Assembly: GCA_046758965.1 (NCBI GenBank)
Contig: JBHIBG010000002.1
Span: forward strand, 76,612 to 140,611
DNA: 64,000 bases
From: Candidatus Methylomirabilia bacterium
GTDB lineage: Bacteria; Methylomirabilota; Methylomirabilia; Rokubacteriales; CSP1-6
Direction of reading: 5' to 3'
The notes beneath the pieces are model-generated. The model was not told the DNA's origin, did not search any database, and saw only the letters and a program-made list of their open reading frames with translations. The translations under genes were made by a program, and so were the position numbers. Below are positions 22,410 to 35,144 of this stretch, piece after piece (position 1 is the first letter of the stretch; every line of letters starts with the position of its first letter).

Positions 22410-22708
22410 AGAAGTTCACCCGCATCGATATTGAGCTCCTGGGGCAGCGTTTCACGCTCACGAGCGAGGCGCCGCCCGAGTACGTCCACCGGCTGGTCGC
22501 CCATGTGGATCGAACAGTCAAGGAGCTCGCGGCTGAGGAGACCCAGGACCCCGTGAAGCGCACCATCCTCGCCGCCCTCTACATTGCGGACGAGCTCTTT
22601 CGCGCCCGTGAGGCCCAGAGCCAGGAGGCGGAGGACGCGGCCAAGCGGGTAGGGGTCCTCATTCAGCTCCTCGATATCGTGGCCCCACCGGCTCCACTTT
22701 CCTCTTGA
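22406..22708 (+). CDS. zapA: cell division protein ZapA
   Basis: IELLGQRFTL...ILAALYIADEL; conserved position before 6S RNA. Confidence 0.85.
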   Translation: MKKFTRIDIELLGQRFTLTSEAPPEYVHRLVAHVDRTVKELAAEETQDPVKRTILAALYIADELFRAREAQSQEAEDAAKRVGVLIQLLDIVAPPAPLSS

Positions 22709-22757
22709 CGAGCCCCGCCGGCTTCGGTAAGAGAGAAGGGGGAAGCCAGCGTTTACT

Positions 22758-22936
22758 TTCCCTGCGCTGTGCGTGATGCCGGGGGGAAGTTTCAACCCAA
22801 TTTTATGTCGGGGAGCTTGACTGTGAGGGTGGTGAGCAAGCCCCTCCGAGAAGGGGAAGCCTAAAGCCTTCCTATATAGCACCCACCTGGCGAGTCCAGG
22901 TTCGAAACACCACCGGCACACGGCAGAGGCGGGGAA
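22758..22936 (+). ncRNA. ssrS: 6S RNA
   Basis: ~180 nt after zapA; ends pair into a rod (TTCCCTGC..TGCCGG / CCGGCA..GCGGGGAA); GGGAGCTT and CCCACCT..GGTTC internal motifs. Confidence 0.8.
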
Positions 22937-22944
22937 TACCCAGG

Positions 22945-22983
22945 GACGGCGGGCTTGGACAGCCCGCCGTCTTGCTCCCTTTA
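22945..22983 (+). terminator. hairpin terminator after 6S RNA
   Basis: GACGGCGGGCT-TGGAC-AGCCCGCCGTC, 11-bp stem, pyrimidine-rich tail. Confidence 0.65.
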
Positions 22984-22998
22984 CCCCCATCGCATTTC

Positions 22999-23028
22999 TT
23001 GACTCGGCCCTTTCCCGTGCACTATAAT
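22999..23028 (+). promoter_or_regulatory. sigma70-type promoter of rny
   Basis: TTGACT-N18-TATAAT. Confidence 0.65.
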
Positions 23029-23121
23029 TTGTCAAATTCTGCAACTATTTGACGGCAAAAGACTATAAGAGGCAGACGATGATACTCAGAGGGCGCCGAA
23101 CAGCCCTTTTCGGAGACGACG

Positions 23122-24687
23122 ATGGCCATAACGCCTGTTTACTGGTATTGGATCCTCCCGCTGCTGGGGATTTCGCTTCTGATCGGGTACTTCCTCCACA
23201 AGCTTTCCACCGACCGGGCCAACCGGGAGGCCGGGGCCCGGGCCAAACGAATTGTCGAGGAGGCCGAGCGGGACGCTGAAGCCCGGCGCAAAGACGCCGC
23301 TCTCGAGGCCAAAGAGCTCCTGCTGCGGGCTCGCACCGAGTCGGAACACGAGAGCCGGGAGCGACAACGCGAAGTCCAGCAGACAGAACGGCGCGCCCTT
23401 CAGAAGGAAGAACAGCTCGGCCGGCGCTTAGACCAGCTCGATCGGCGCGAGAGGGAGTCTCAACTCAAGGAGCGGGAGCTTGCCTCCCGCGAGCGAGAGC
23501 TCCAGGAGCTGAAGGTTTCGCTGGCTACGGCGCTCGACGAGCAGCGCCAGAAGCTGGAGCGGATCTCGGGTTTCACCGCCGAGGAGGCCAAGCGCCAGCT
23601 CCTGAGCCAGATGGAGGAGGAGGCCCGCCGAGAGGCCACACTCCTCGCCATGCGCATCGAGGAAGAGGCTCGGGAGACGGCTCACCACAAGGCCAGGGAC
23701 ATCCTCGCCACGACTATCCAGCGGCTCGCCCCCGACTTCACGGTGGAGACCGCAATCTCCATCCTGGATCTCCCATCGGACGACATGAAAGGGCGGATTA
23801 TCGGCCGCGAGGGGCGGAACATCCGCGCCCTCGAGCTGGCCACGGGGGTGGATATCATCGTCGACGACACGCCGGAAGCGGTGACGATCTCCGCCTACGA
23901 CCCCCTCCGTCGCGAGGTCGCGCGTCAGGCCCTCCAGCGCCTCGTGGCCGATGGGCGCATTCACCCCGCGCGAATCGAGGAGGTGGTGGAGAAGGTCAAG
24001 AAGGAGATGGAGCAGCACCTCAGGGAGGAAGGGGAGAAAGCCTGCTTCGAGACGGGGGTCCACGGGCTCCATCCGGAGCTCGTGCGGCTGGTCGGGCGGC
24101 TCAAGTACAGGACCTCGTACGGCCAGAACTGCCTCCAGCACTCGAAGGAGGTGGTCTGGCTGGCCGGCATGCTGGCCGCGGAGGTCAAGGCTGACCAGCG
24201 ACTGGCGAAGCGGATGGGACTCCTCCACGACATCGGCAAGGCGCTGACTCACGAGCAGGACGGAAGCCACCCCGAGCTGTCCCACCAGGTGCTTGTCAAG
24301 TACGGGGAGTCGCCCGCGGTGATCAATGCCGCCCTCTGCGGCCACGAGAACGTCGAGCCCGCGACGGTGGAAGCCGTGCTCGTGGAAGCCGCCGATGCCA
24401 TCTCAGCCGCGCGCCCGGGAGCCCGGCGGGATGTGCTGGAGTCGTACATCAAGCGGCTCACCAAGCTGGAATCGATCGCCGCCTCCCACAAGGGTGTGGA
24501 CGTGGCGTACGCGATCCAGGCCGGGCGGGAGCTTCGGATCGTGGTGAAGTCGGACGTGGTTTCTGACCTGGAGGCCCACCAGCTGGCCAAGGAGGTCTCG
24601 AAGCGCATCGAGAGCGAGATGCAATACCCCGGCCACATCAAGGTGACGGTGATCCGCGAGACCCGGGCCGTGGAGATCGCACGGTGA
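23122..24687 (+). CDS. rny: ribonuclease Y
   Basis: N-terminal TM, coiled coil, KH (KGRIIGREGRNIR), HD (LLHDIGK), AARPGAR. Confidence 0.96.
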   Translation: MAITPVYWYWILPLLGISLLIGYFLHKLSTDRANREAGARAKRIVEEAERDAEARRKDAALEAKELLLRARTESEHESRERQREVQQTERRALQKEEQLGRRLDQLDRRERESQLKERELASRERELQELKVSLATALDEQRQKLERISGFTAEEAKRQLLSQMEEEARREATLLAMRIEEEARETAHHKARDILATTIQRLAPDFTVETAISILDLPSDDMKGRIIGREGRNIRALELATGVDIIVDDTPEAVTISAYDPLRREVARQALQRLVADGRIHPARIEEVVEKVKKEMEQHLREEGEKACFETGVHGLHPELVRLVGRLKYRTSYGQNCLQHSKEVVWLAGMLAAEVKADQRLAKRMGLLHDIGKALTHEQDGSHPELSHQVLVKYGESPAVINAALCGHENVEPATVEAVLVEAADAISAARPGARRDVLESYIKRLTKLESIAASHKGVDVAYAIQAGRELRIVVKSDVVSDLEAHQLAKEVSKRIESEMQYPGHIKVTVIRETRAVEIAR

Positions 24688-25478
24688 GCAAGCCTCTCAC
24701 CGTCCTGGCCGTGGGGGACGTGTTCGGAGAGCCCGGTCGGAAGGCCCTGGCCGTTCTCCTACCCCGTCTCAAGCGCGAGCATCAGGTGGATTGCTGCATC
24801 GCCAACGTCGAGAATGCTGCAGCCGGGCACGGGATCACCCCGCAGATCGCCAAGAGCTTCCTCGACGGGGGCGTCGACGTCATGACCTCGGGGAATCACA
24901 TCTGGGACCGGAGGGAGATCATCGAGTACATCGCCCGGGAGAACCTGCTGCTCCGCCCCGCCAACTACCCGCCGGGGACCCCGGGGGTGGGGGCTATCGT
25001 GGTCAAGGCCGGGGTCCACAAGGTCGGCGTCCTGAACCTCATGGGCCGGGTCTTTTTGCCGACCATTGACTGCCCGTTCCGAAAGGCCGACGAAGCCCTC
25101 CCGGAGCTGCGCGGGGAGGCCCCGGTGATCATCGTGGACATGCATGGCGAGGCGACCTCGGAGAAGCAAGCCATGGGGTGGTACCTCGACGGTCGCGTCA
25201 GCGCCGTGCTCGGCACCCACTCCCATGTCCAGACCGCTGATGAGCGGATCCTACCCGGAGGCACCGCTTACCTCACCGACCTGGGCCTGACCGGGCCTCT
25301 GGAGTCGGTCATCGGGGTGGCGCGCGAGCAGGCGATCGAGCGCTTCCTCACGGGGATGCCCAATCGCTTCGAGCCGGCCAAGGGCGCAGCGCAGCTTTCG
25401 GGGGCGGTGGTCCGGATCGATCCTGAGAGCGGGAAAGCCCTCGAGATCCTGCGCCTTCAGCTGTCGCTCCCGGCCTGA
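24684..25478 (+). CDS. ymdB: YmdB-like metallophosphoesterase
   Basis: GDVFG, NVENAA, TSGNH, DMHGEATSEK, GTHSHVQTADE. Confidence 0.92.
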   Translation: MSKPLTVLAVGDVFGEPGRKALAVLLPRLKREHQVDCCIANVENAAAGHGITPQIAKSFLDGGVDVMTSGNHIWDRREIIEYIARENLLLRPANYPPGTPGVGAIVVKAGVHKVGVLNLMGRVFLPTIDCPFRKADEALPELRGEAPVIIVDMHGEATSEKQAMGWYLDGRVSAVLGTHSHVQTADERILPGGTAYLTDLGLTGPLESVIGVAREQAIERFLTGMPNRFEPAKGAAQLSGAVVRIDPESGKALEILRLQLSLPA

Positions 25479-25556
25479 GGCGAGGAGTCCGAGGCGCGAT
25501 CGGGGGCGAAGCTGCCCCCATTTTCATTTCGCTGGCAGGCGAGAGCTCGGAGGGGT

Positions 25557-26423
25557 ATGGCCAAGATCCTCGAGGGTAAGCCCGCAGCGCACAAGGTGCT
25601 GGAGGCGGTCCGACGTGGCGTGGCCGGCCTACGGGACCGGACCGGCGGGGTGCCCAGCCTGGCGGTGGTCCTGGTGGGTGACTTCGGGCCGTCCAAGATC
25701 TATGTCAACACCAAGAAAAAGATGGCCGCCGAGGTGGGCATCACCTCGCAGGATCACCTCCACCCCGACGGGCTGTCCGAGAGCGCGCTCCTGGACCTCC
25801 TGAGGCGCCTCAACAACGACCCGGCGGTCCACGGCATCCTGCTCCAGCTCCCGCTCCCTCAGGGCCTCGACGAGGACCGCGCTCTCACCGCCATCGCGCC
25901 GGAAAAGGATGTGGACGGCTTTCATCCGATGAACCTGGGGGCGCTCCTGGCGGGGCGGCCCCGGGTTCTGCCCTGCACGCCGGCTGGCATCCTCGAGATC
26001 CTCGATCACTACGGAGCCGAGCTCAAAGGGGCCGAGGCCGTGGTGGTGGGGCGGTCGCGGATCGTTGGCAAGCCCTTAGCTCACCTCCTCCTTGCCCGTC
26101 ACGCCACGGTGACGATATGCCACACGCGCACGCGCGACCTCGCGGCCCACACCCGAGGCGCTGACCTCCTCTGCGTGGCCGCGGGCCGGGCCGGGGTCGT
26201 CACCGGAGCCATGATCAAGGAGGGCGCCTGGGTCGTCGACGTGGGGATCAACCGTCTCCCGGACGGAAGGCTGGTCGGCGATGTGGAGTTCGAAACGGCA
26301 AGCCAAACGGCGGGCGCCATCACCCCGGTGCCGGGGGGCGTCGGGCCCATGACCGTGGCCATGCTGCTGAAGAACACCCTCCTGACTGCCCGGCGCCAGC
26401 TCGGGGTTCCTCCCGATGCGTGA
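25557..26423 (+). CDS. folD: methylene-THF dehydrogenase/cyclohydrolase
   Basis: HGILLQLPLP, EKDVDGFHP, PCTP, ITPVPGGVGPMT. Confidence 0.97.
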   Translation: MAKILEGKPAAHKVLEAVRRGVAGLRDRTGGVPSLAVVLVGDFGPSKIYVNTKKKMAAEVGITSQDHLHPDGLSESALLDLLRRLNNDPAVHGILLQLPLPQGLDEDRALTAIAPEKDVDGFHPMNLGALLAGRPRVLPCTPAGILEILDHYGAELKGAEAVVVGRSRIVGKPLAHLLLARHATVTICHTRTRDLAAHTRGADLLCVAAGRAGVVTGAMIKEGAWVVDVGINRLPDGRLVGDVEFETASQTAGAITPVPGGVGPMTVAMLLKNTLLTARRQLGVPPDA

Positions 26424-27780
26424 GCCGACCTTCGCGGAGGCCGGGCGGCGGGTCTGGAGCGTCTCCGAGCTGACGGCCCGGATCAAGGAGCTGCTCGAAG
26501 AGCGCTTCCTCGGCTTGTGGGTGGAGGGGGAGATCTCGAACCTCCGCATCCCCTCCTCCGGTCACGCCTACTTCACCCTCAAGGACGAAGCCGCGCAGCT
26601 CCGGGCCGTGCTCTTCCGCAACCGGGGCCGGCGACTCCGCTTCGCATTGGAGGACGGGCTACAGGTCATGGCCTTTGGAAGTCTGGAGGTCTACGCGGCC
26701 AGGGGCGAGTACCAGCTCGTCGTGGAGCTTCTGGAGCCCAAAGGGCTGGGGGCCCTTCAGCTCGCCTTCGAGCAGCTCAAGGCACGGCTTCTCGCCGAGG
26801 GCCTGTTCGACGAGGCTCGCAAGCGCTCGCTGCCGCGGGTTCCCCGCAAGATCGGGATCGTGACCTCTCCGACAGGCGCGGCGCTCCGAGATATCCTGAA
26901 GATCCTCTCGCGCCGGTTCGCCGACCTCCACATCCTGATCGCCCCCGTGCGCGTTCAGGGCGAGGAGGCGCCGGGCGAGATCGTCCAGGCGCTCCACGAC
27001 CTGAACCTGGTGGAGGATCTCGACGCGCTCATCGTCGCCCGGGGCGGGGGCTCTCTCGAAGATCTCTGGGCGTTCAACGACGAGGCCGTCGCCCGTGCGA
27101 TCGCCGCCGCCAAGGTCCCCGTGATCTCCGCGGTAGGCCACGAGACCGACGTCACCATCGCCGACTTCGTCGCCGACCTTCGGGCTCCGACACCGTCCGG
27201 AGCCGCCGAGCTTGTGGTCGAAGAGAAGGCCCGGGTGATCGCCGAGCTCGGAGCCCTCACCACCCGCCTCACCCGGGCGCTCAGACAACGCCTCGACCGA
27301 CACCGCTCCATGGTGGAGCTGCTGGCGCGGCGGCGCGTGCTCACCGACCCGGCCCGACCGATCCGGGACCTCCAGCGCCGGCTCGATGACCTCACCCTTC
27401 GACTCGGCTCGGGGCTCAACGCCACGCGCGCCCGCAGGCGCCAGCGCTTCCTGCTCGCTGCGAGCGCCTTGCGATCCCGGACACCCCTGGCTTTCGTTGC
27501 CGCGAGCACTCGGCAGCTGGCCGAACTCGATAGGCGGCTTCATGCCGGGATGGCTCACGCCGTCGAGCGAACGCGCCATCGCCTGACCACGGCAGCGGGC
27601 CAGCTCGACAGTCTCTCCCCACTTTCCGTGCTCCGGCGAGGTTACAGCGTCGCGCGGCTGCCATCGGGAGAGATCGTCAGATCGGGGCGCCAGGTGGAGC
27701 CGGGCCAGACCGTCGACGTGCTCCTCCACGAGGGGAGGCTGGACTGCCGGGTGGAGGCTATCAGGGAGGGCCATGACTGA
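26416..27780 (+). CDS. xseA: exodeoxyribonuclease VII large subunit
   Basis: WVEGEISN, SGHAYFTLKD, ARGGGSLEDLWAFN, RAPTPS. Confidence 0.96.
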   Translation: MREPTFAEAGRRVWSVSELTARIKELLEERFLGLWVEGEISNLRIPSSGHAYFTLKDEAAQLRAVLFRNRGRRLRFALEDGLQVMAFGSLEVYAARGEYQLVVELLEPKGLGALQLAFEQLKARLLAEGLFDEARKRSLPRVPRKIGIVTSPTGAALRDILKILSRRFADLHILIAPVRVQGEEAPGEIVQALHDLNLVEDLDALIVARGGGSLEDLWAFNDEAVARAIAAAKVPVISAVGHETDVTIADFVADLRAPTPSGAAELVVEEKARVIAELGALTTRLTRALRQRLDRHRSMVELLARRRVLTDPARPIRDLQRRLDDLTLRLGSGLNATRARRRQRFLLAASALRSRTPLAFVAASTRQLAELDRRLHAGMAHAVERTRHRLTTAAGQLDSLSPLSVLRRGYSVARLPSGEIVRSGRQVEPGQTVDVLLHEGRLDCRVEAIREGHD

Positions 27781-28011
27781 ACTCAAGTTTGAAGATGCGC
27801 TGGCCCGCCTGGAGCAGATCGTCCACACCCTGGAGGCCGGCAATCTCCCGCTGGAGGAGGCTCTGAAGGCCTTCGAAGAGGGGATCGCGCTGGCCCGCCA
27901 CTGCGCCAAATACCTCGAAGAGGCCGAGCGACGGCTCGAGCGCCTCACCAAGGATGAATCCGGTCTTCTCAAGACCGAGCCCTTCGGCTTGGAGGAGACG
28001 GAGGCCGGGAA

Positions 28012-28015
<4 letters not shown>
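27773..28015 (+). CDS. xseB: exodeoxyribonuclease VII small subunit
   Basis: FEDALARLEQIV...LEEALKAFEEG. Confidence 0.95.
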
Positions 28016-30528
<2,513 letters not shown>

Positions 30529-30607
30529 ATCCGGGGTTGCTCTGACGGGCAGGCTTTCAGAGAGAGTTGACAGGCCCGACACTGGTGCGGTACAAGAGAG
30601 AGGTCAC

Positions 30608-30685
<78 letters not shown>

Positions 30686-30691
30686 AAGAAT

Positions 30692-30726
30692 TAAGGGGTT
30701 AGCCGATATCATCGGTTGACCCCTTA
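30692..30726 (+). terminator. hairpin after tRNA
   Basis: TAAGGGGTTAGCCGAT-ATC-ATCGGTTGACCCCTTA (with G:U pairs). Confidence 0.6.
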
Positions 30727-31445
30727 TTGCGACTGCCCGTATTGTTTCCAAGCCGTGAACCTCGGGGGAACGGATGATCACCTCGAGCCCGAAGACGCTC
30801 TTGACGGCGAGAGCAAGGGAGATCGAGTTGGGCCGATCTCCCGCGATGTCGTCGATGCGTTTGCAGAGAGCACGGACGGCCACGGCGGTCGGATCTCCGA
30901 CCTGTTACAGTGGGAGTGGGATATTTCCAGCCAGCGGCTGGTGGAGGAGGTCGAACTTCCACTACGGGAGATGGTCGTCTCGATCCTCGTGAGCGATCCG
31001 GATCCGAAAGAGGCCTTTATCAGGACTGACTCCAGTGGCTTGTTTCACTCCAAGGACGACCTTCCCGCCGTAGACACTTTTCAGGTGGCCAGCCTGAGCG
31101 CGCTCGGAAGGGGTTACAAGGACCACCCCGGGGTGGCGCTTCAGGAAAGCTCGTATTCGCACGCCACCGTCCTGTATACTCCTAACCGGCTGGCGTGTCC
31201 TCGGTTGACTTCGGAGCCGTCATCGCATCAGGCCGGGTTTTCACTGGTTCTTCCACGTTCTGGGGCGTGCCTGACAGGCGGAAGGAAGCGAAGGAGGCGC
31301 TCGTGGAACGAGGCATCTCAGGTGGGGTTCGGACGATCGCTCCCGCGGTCGGGGAGACAATCAGGGGCCTCAAGCAGATGAACATGGCAGATCGTTCGGC
31401 TCGGGCGCGAGCGTTCGGACGGTCGATCTCCCCCCTCCGGACTCC

Positions 31446-31736
31446 ATGACCCGGCGCGCGGATTACAGGTTCGAGCGGCGGCGGAAAGAAGAAGCTCGCC
31501 GCGCGAAGCAGGAGGCTAAGCGCCGGCGGAAGATCGAGCGGGCCCAGAAAGGTATCGTCGGGCCCGAAATGGATGAGCCACAAGAGACCGGCGCTCAGCC
31601 GGGAGCCTGGGAGTGGTTCTCCCCGAGCAGGAGTCGCACCCTGAGGTCCGAGGCGGGAACGCACCCCACGACAGATCCACCCGACGATTGGATCCTCCTG
31701 ACAGACGGCGCGGAGGACCCTGGCCCCGCCTCGTGA
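31446..31736 (+). CDS. hypothetical protein
   Basis: Protein-like 96 aa: basic helix then GAWEWFSPS...DDWILL. Confidence 0.6.
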   Translation: MTRRADYRFERRRKEEARRAKQEAKRRRKIERAQKGIVGPEMDEPQETGAQPGAWEWFSPSRSRTLRSEAGTHPTTDPPDDWILLTDGAEDPGPAS

Positions 31737-31773
31737 CCGCCGCAGAGGTCCCCGGAGAAACGCCACGAAAGCA

Positions 31774-32157
31774 ATGGAACGGGTGCCCCTGACCTTGCCC
31801 ATTTTTGTGGTCGCGCTGGGCGTGGCGCAGGCTCAGGTCCAGCAGGAATCCGTAAGCCCTGCGATCAAGACGGGCTCCGCGGTCACGCGCGAATATCCCC
31901 AGGTCACCGTGAAGCCCGGGGACGCCTATGTGCTCGTGGACCCCCCAGCAGTGGCGGAACTGCCAAAGGAGGTGCTCCCGCCGGCCGCCTCCAGCTCTAT
32001 GCATCGCATTCGGGGGGCGCCGAGGCCACCCGTCGGCGCTCGTGGCGCGTGTGGGACCTCTGTGCGACCGGGAGCCCGAGCGACGGGACTTCTCAGGTCG
32101 GCACTGCCCAAAGACCCGGATAGTTCACGGACAGGCTTCGGAAAAGAGACACGATGA
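31774..32157 (+). CDS. hypothetical exported protein, probably truncated
   Basis: Signal-peptide-like N-terminus (VALGVAQA); C-terminal half looks non-coding. Confidence 0.35.
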   Translation: MERVPLTLPIFVVALGVAQAQVQQESVSPAIKTGSAVTREYPQVTVKPGDAYVLVDPPAVAELPKEVLPPAASSSMHRIRGAPRPPVGARGACGTSVRPGARATGLLRSALPKDPDSSRTGFGKETR

Positions 32158-32360
32158 TGGGCAAACCGGGGGGGTCGAACCGGATCAACAGCGTCTTGAA
32201 GACGGACGTTTAACGCGGTAGTATTGTGCGTGTTTCGTCCGCGAACTCCCGCCGACAACCCCCAACGTAGCCCAAAACGGGGCGGAGCAGACGCACGGAT
32301 TCTTATGGGGCTAGCTGGCGGGCGTTGGCGCCAGTCGCGGCCAGAAATACCCTCGTAACT

Positions 32361-32397
32361 CAAAGGTCGTCGGTTCAAATCCGACCCCCGCTACCAA
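32361..32397 (+). repeat. att-like direct repeat, copy 2 (duplicated tRNA 3' end)
   Basis: CAAAGGTCGTCGGTTCAAATCCGACCCCCGCTACCAA; followed by a similar AGGGGTTAG hairpin (32406..32434). Confidence 0.9.
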
Positions 32398-32876
32398 GGA
32401 AAACGAGGGGTTAGGGTGGGCGGTCCTAGCCCCTTAGTCGTTTCGGACAATAGCCATTCAAACTGCTCGGCGGGCATCCGCCGGACAGCAGCCTCACTGA
32501 CTGCCTGAGGAGCCTTGCGGCCTCCGGCTGTAACGAGCGGGTGGACAGTGACCGTTCGAGGCTGGAGATCGTTTTAGCGGCAATACTGGTCACTCCCGTC
32601 GCGGGAGCATGCGCACCCCCAGAGGACCCGCACGAGGTCGGTGGTGAGCTTGCTGCAGTTCCTGAGGATCGGCTGGTGTCGTCGCCGATGATGACGCCGA
32701 CCGGTCGGGAGGTTCTCGCTGATGAGCGCAGCTACTACGGGCTCGCTCGCCTCAAGGCTGAGCTGTTCCACCGCGAGGCGATGCTGCCCGCCACCCAATC
32801 GTCGAGCCATGGCGATCTCTGACCCGATACCACGCTGCGCGATCGTTCCCTGCAGGAAGAATACACAGGAGCAACC

Positions 32877-33794
32877 ATGGGGCTGACTGTGACTACGCTG
32901 AGATTGATCATCCGAAGCGTAGCAGAGTTGGAGCGACGAGAAAGCGTACTGACCTATGGTATACAAGACGTCTACGCCACATACGACGAATTGAAGCGCG
33001 CCTTCCATGGAATGCGCCAGCCATACGAGGAAGTCGGCAAGTCAGATCGAAAGCTCTCGTCGAGCCGACTCTTCCAGGAACGTCCTTTCGCCAGAAATCG
33101 CGGCAACGTGGACGCCTCAGTGCTCTTCCGCATGCTCGGTTTTGCCCGCTATGCCTCGCTAGATCTTCTCGATCTGGATGGCCCACCGACCATCCGACAT
33201 GACCTCAACAACCCGATCCCCCGAGATTGGGAAGCGACCCAGGATCTGGTGGTTGACGCGGGAACGATTGAGCATATCTTCGACATCAAGACAGCCCTCT
33301 GCAACACGGCCAGGCTGGTACGTGAGCGCGGCATGGTCATCCACGCCAGTCCGGTCCTCTGGTATGACCACGGTTTCTATGGCATCAACCCCACCCTGTT
33401 GGTAGATTTCTATAGCGCGAATGGATTTCGGATCCTCGATACGACCTGCTTCCTCTTCGATGACTATGGAAGTGTTTACAAGAAGCAGTGGTGCTTCTCA
33501 TATGATGGTCTTGCGTCTCCACCGCCGTGGTATCTTGGCAGTTATCAGTTGGGGGTTTTCTTCCGCGCTCAGCGTGTCTCGGCCTTAAATGACAGATTCG
33601 TTGTTCCAATGCAACGCTACTACGCTACGTTGCAAGAGGACACCGCTGCCGAAGGCCGACACCCTCGAACCATGAGCGACTCAAAGGGACCGGCCTTCGC
33701 TTTGCTTCCCACCACAGTTCATCTCCGCCTCAGCAAGCTGAACAACGATCTACGCAGATGGCGATGGTTCCGCCGTATTCGGTATCGGTTCTAA
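32877..33794 (+). CDS. class I SAM-methyltransferase-like protein
   Basis: YASLDL...HDLNNPIP...DLVVDAGTIEHIFD...DHGFY; lower GC. Confidence 0.65.
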   Translation: MGLTVTTLRLIIRSVAELERRESVLTYGIQDVYATYDELKRAFHGMRQPYEEVGKSDRKLSSSRLFQERPFARNRGNVDASVLFRMLGFARYASLDLLDLDGPPTIRHDLNNPIPRDWEATQDLVVDAGTIEHIFDIKTALCNTARLVRERGMVIHASPVLWYDHGFYGINPTLLVDFYSANGFRILDTTCFLFDDYGSVYKKQWCFSYDGLASPPPWYLGSYQLGVFFRAQRVSALNDRFVVPMQRYYATLQEDTAAEGRHPRTMSDSKGPAFALLPTTVHLRLSKLNNDLRRWRWFRRIRYRF

Positions 33795-33929
33795 CTTCCG
33801 TGCCGATGTCATCTTCCCCAGCCCGCAGGTCTACGACTCCCCCGAAGAGCGCGACCTCCTCCGCGCCATCCAAGGATGTCCTCGAGAGGGAGACCCGGCC
33901 CCCACTGAAGCGCCCGAAAGGCTTCACCC

Positions 33930-34940
33930 ATGCTGACTGTTCCTGAGAAAGCTCCACTGCTCGATCAATTCCAGAGAGTTCTCGTTACGGGTGGGTCGGG
34001 TTTCATCGGCAGACATCTTGCCACAGCTCTCGTATCCCTCGGGAAACAGGTCGTTGCATTGGACAATCTACCTGCTGGGCTCAATCGTACACTCCCGAGG
34101 GGCGCGACGTTCCTCGAAGCGGATCTCAGGGATTATCCGCAGGCCCTCAGGGCGGCCACTGACATCGACTTGCTTTTCCACGTCGCCGGCAATGCGAGCG
34201 CCACCATCTCCGTTGAAGATTCCCGGTTTGATTTCGAAACAAACACACTTGCAACCTTCAACGCTTTGGAGGCGGCGACTGCCTGCGGTGTGAAACGCTT
34301 TCTCTATGTTTCCTCCGCATCGGTTTACGGCACGCCTCAGCGATTTCCGGTTGACGAGGAGCACCCCGTCAAGCCCTTTGTGCCATACGGGGCGTCTAAG
34401 CTGGCCGGGGAACTTTCCTCGCTCTCGTTCTTCCACGCATACGGTTTGGCGGTCGTCATCGCAAGGCCGTTCTGCGTCTATGGGCCAGGTGAAAATCCCC
34501 AGTACGCAATGGTAGAAGTCTCTCGGTACCTCCGCTGGCATCTCAACCACAGGCCCATTCAAATCGTCGGTCATATGGACCACAAAACCAGAGATTTCGT
34601 CCACATCAATGATGCGATACAGGCTCTGCTTTTGATGGCGGATCGAGGAGGCGCAGGTAGCGTCTTCAACCTGGGGTCCGGGACAGAGGTGTCTATGCGC
34701 CGGCTGACAGAAATCATCGGTTCTGCCACGGGCCGTCAGGCAGAGGTTGAGGAGATCTCTGAGGTAACCGATGACACCTATCGTCTCGTCGCCGACATTT
34801 CCGAACTGACGGCACTCGGGTATGTGCCCGAGGTCCCGTTGGCCGAGGGCGTAGAGCGTTTGGCTGACGAGCTGGGCGAAAACCCGGACCTCCCAAGCAC
34901 GTCAACGATTTTCAAGAGAGGGCAAAAAGCTGAAAGATAA
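33930..34940 (+). CDS. NAD-dependent sugar epimerase/dehydratase
   Basis: VTGGSGFIG, SSASVYG, YGASK, RDFVHIND. Confidence 0.92.
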   Translation: MLTVPEKAPLLDQFQRVLVTGGSGFIGRHLATALVSLGKQVVALDNLPAGLNRTLPRGATFLEADLRDYPQALRAATDIDLLFHVAGNASATISVEDSRFDFETNTLATFNALEAATACGVKRFLYVSSASVYGTPQRFPVDEEHPVKPFVPYGASKLAGELSSLSFFHAYGLAVVIARPFCVYGPGENPQYAMVEVSRYLRWHLNHRPIQIVGHMDHKTRDFVHINDAIQALLLMADRGGAGSVFNLGSGTEVSMRRLTEIIGSATGRQAEVEEISEVTDDTYRLVADISELTALGYVPEVPLAEGVERLADELGENPDLPSTSTIFKRGQKAER

Positions 34941-35144
34941 CGAGTGGCGAGAAATGAATCTCCTGCTGCTCATATGAAGGCTTCAAGGATCACCGGCCGA
35001 CCCTGTTGGGCTGGAGCAATTTCGGAACGGCTGCGTTCGCGGGAGCCCGCGAGGCTGCCGGGCGGGGCTTCCCAGCCAAGCTATTCTCATGAATCGACCG
35101 TTACGTAGCTGGGTCTGCCTATTATCATCTCCCACGGGGGCCTA

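Noticed and set aside
32152..32210. tRNA-Sec-like fragment on the minus strand (GTCTTCAAGAC...GGTTCGACC...CCA)
   Set aside because: T-stem and acceptor stem do not pair; no cloverleaf
30686..32360. Integrase within the att-bounded islet
   Set aside because: No tyrosine (R..HxxR..Y) or serine recombinase motifs in the listed ORFs or frames I translated
32541..32822. 93-aa ORF upstream of the methyltransferase-like gene
   Set aside because: May be a gene remnant, but I can assign no family or credible start
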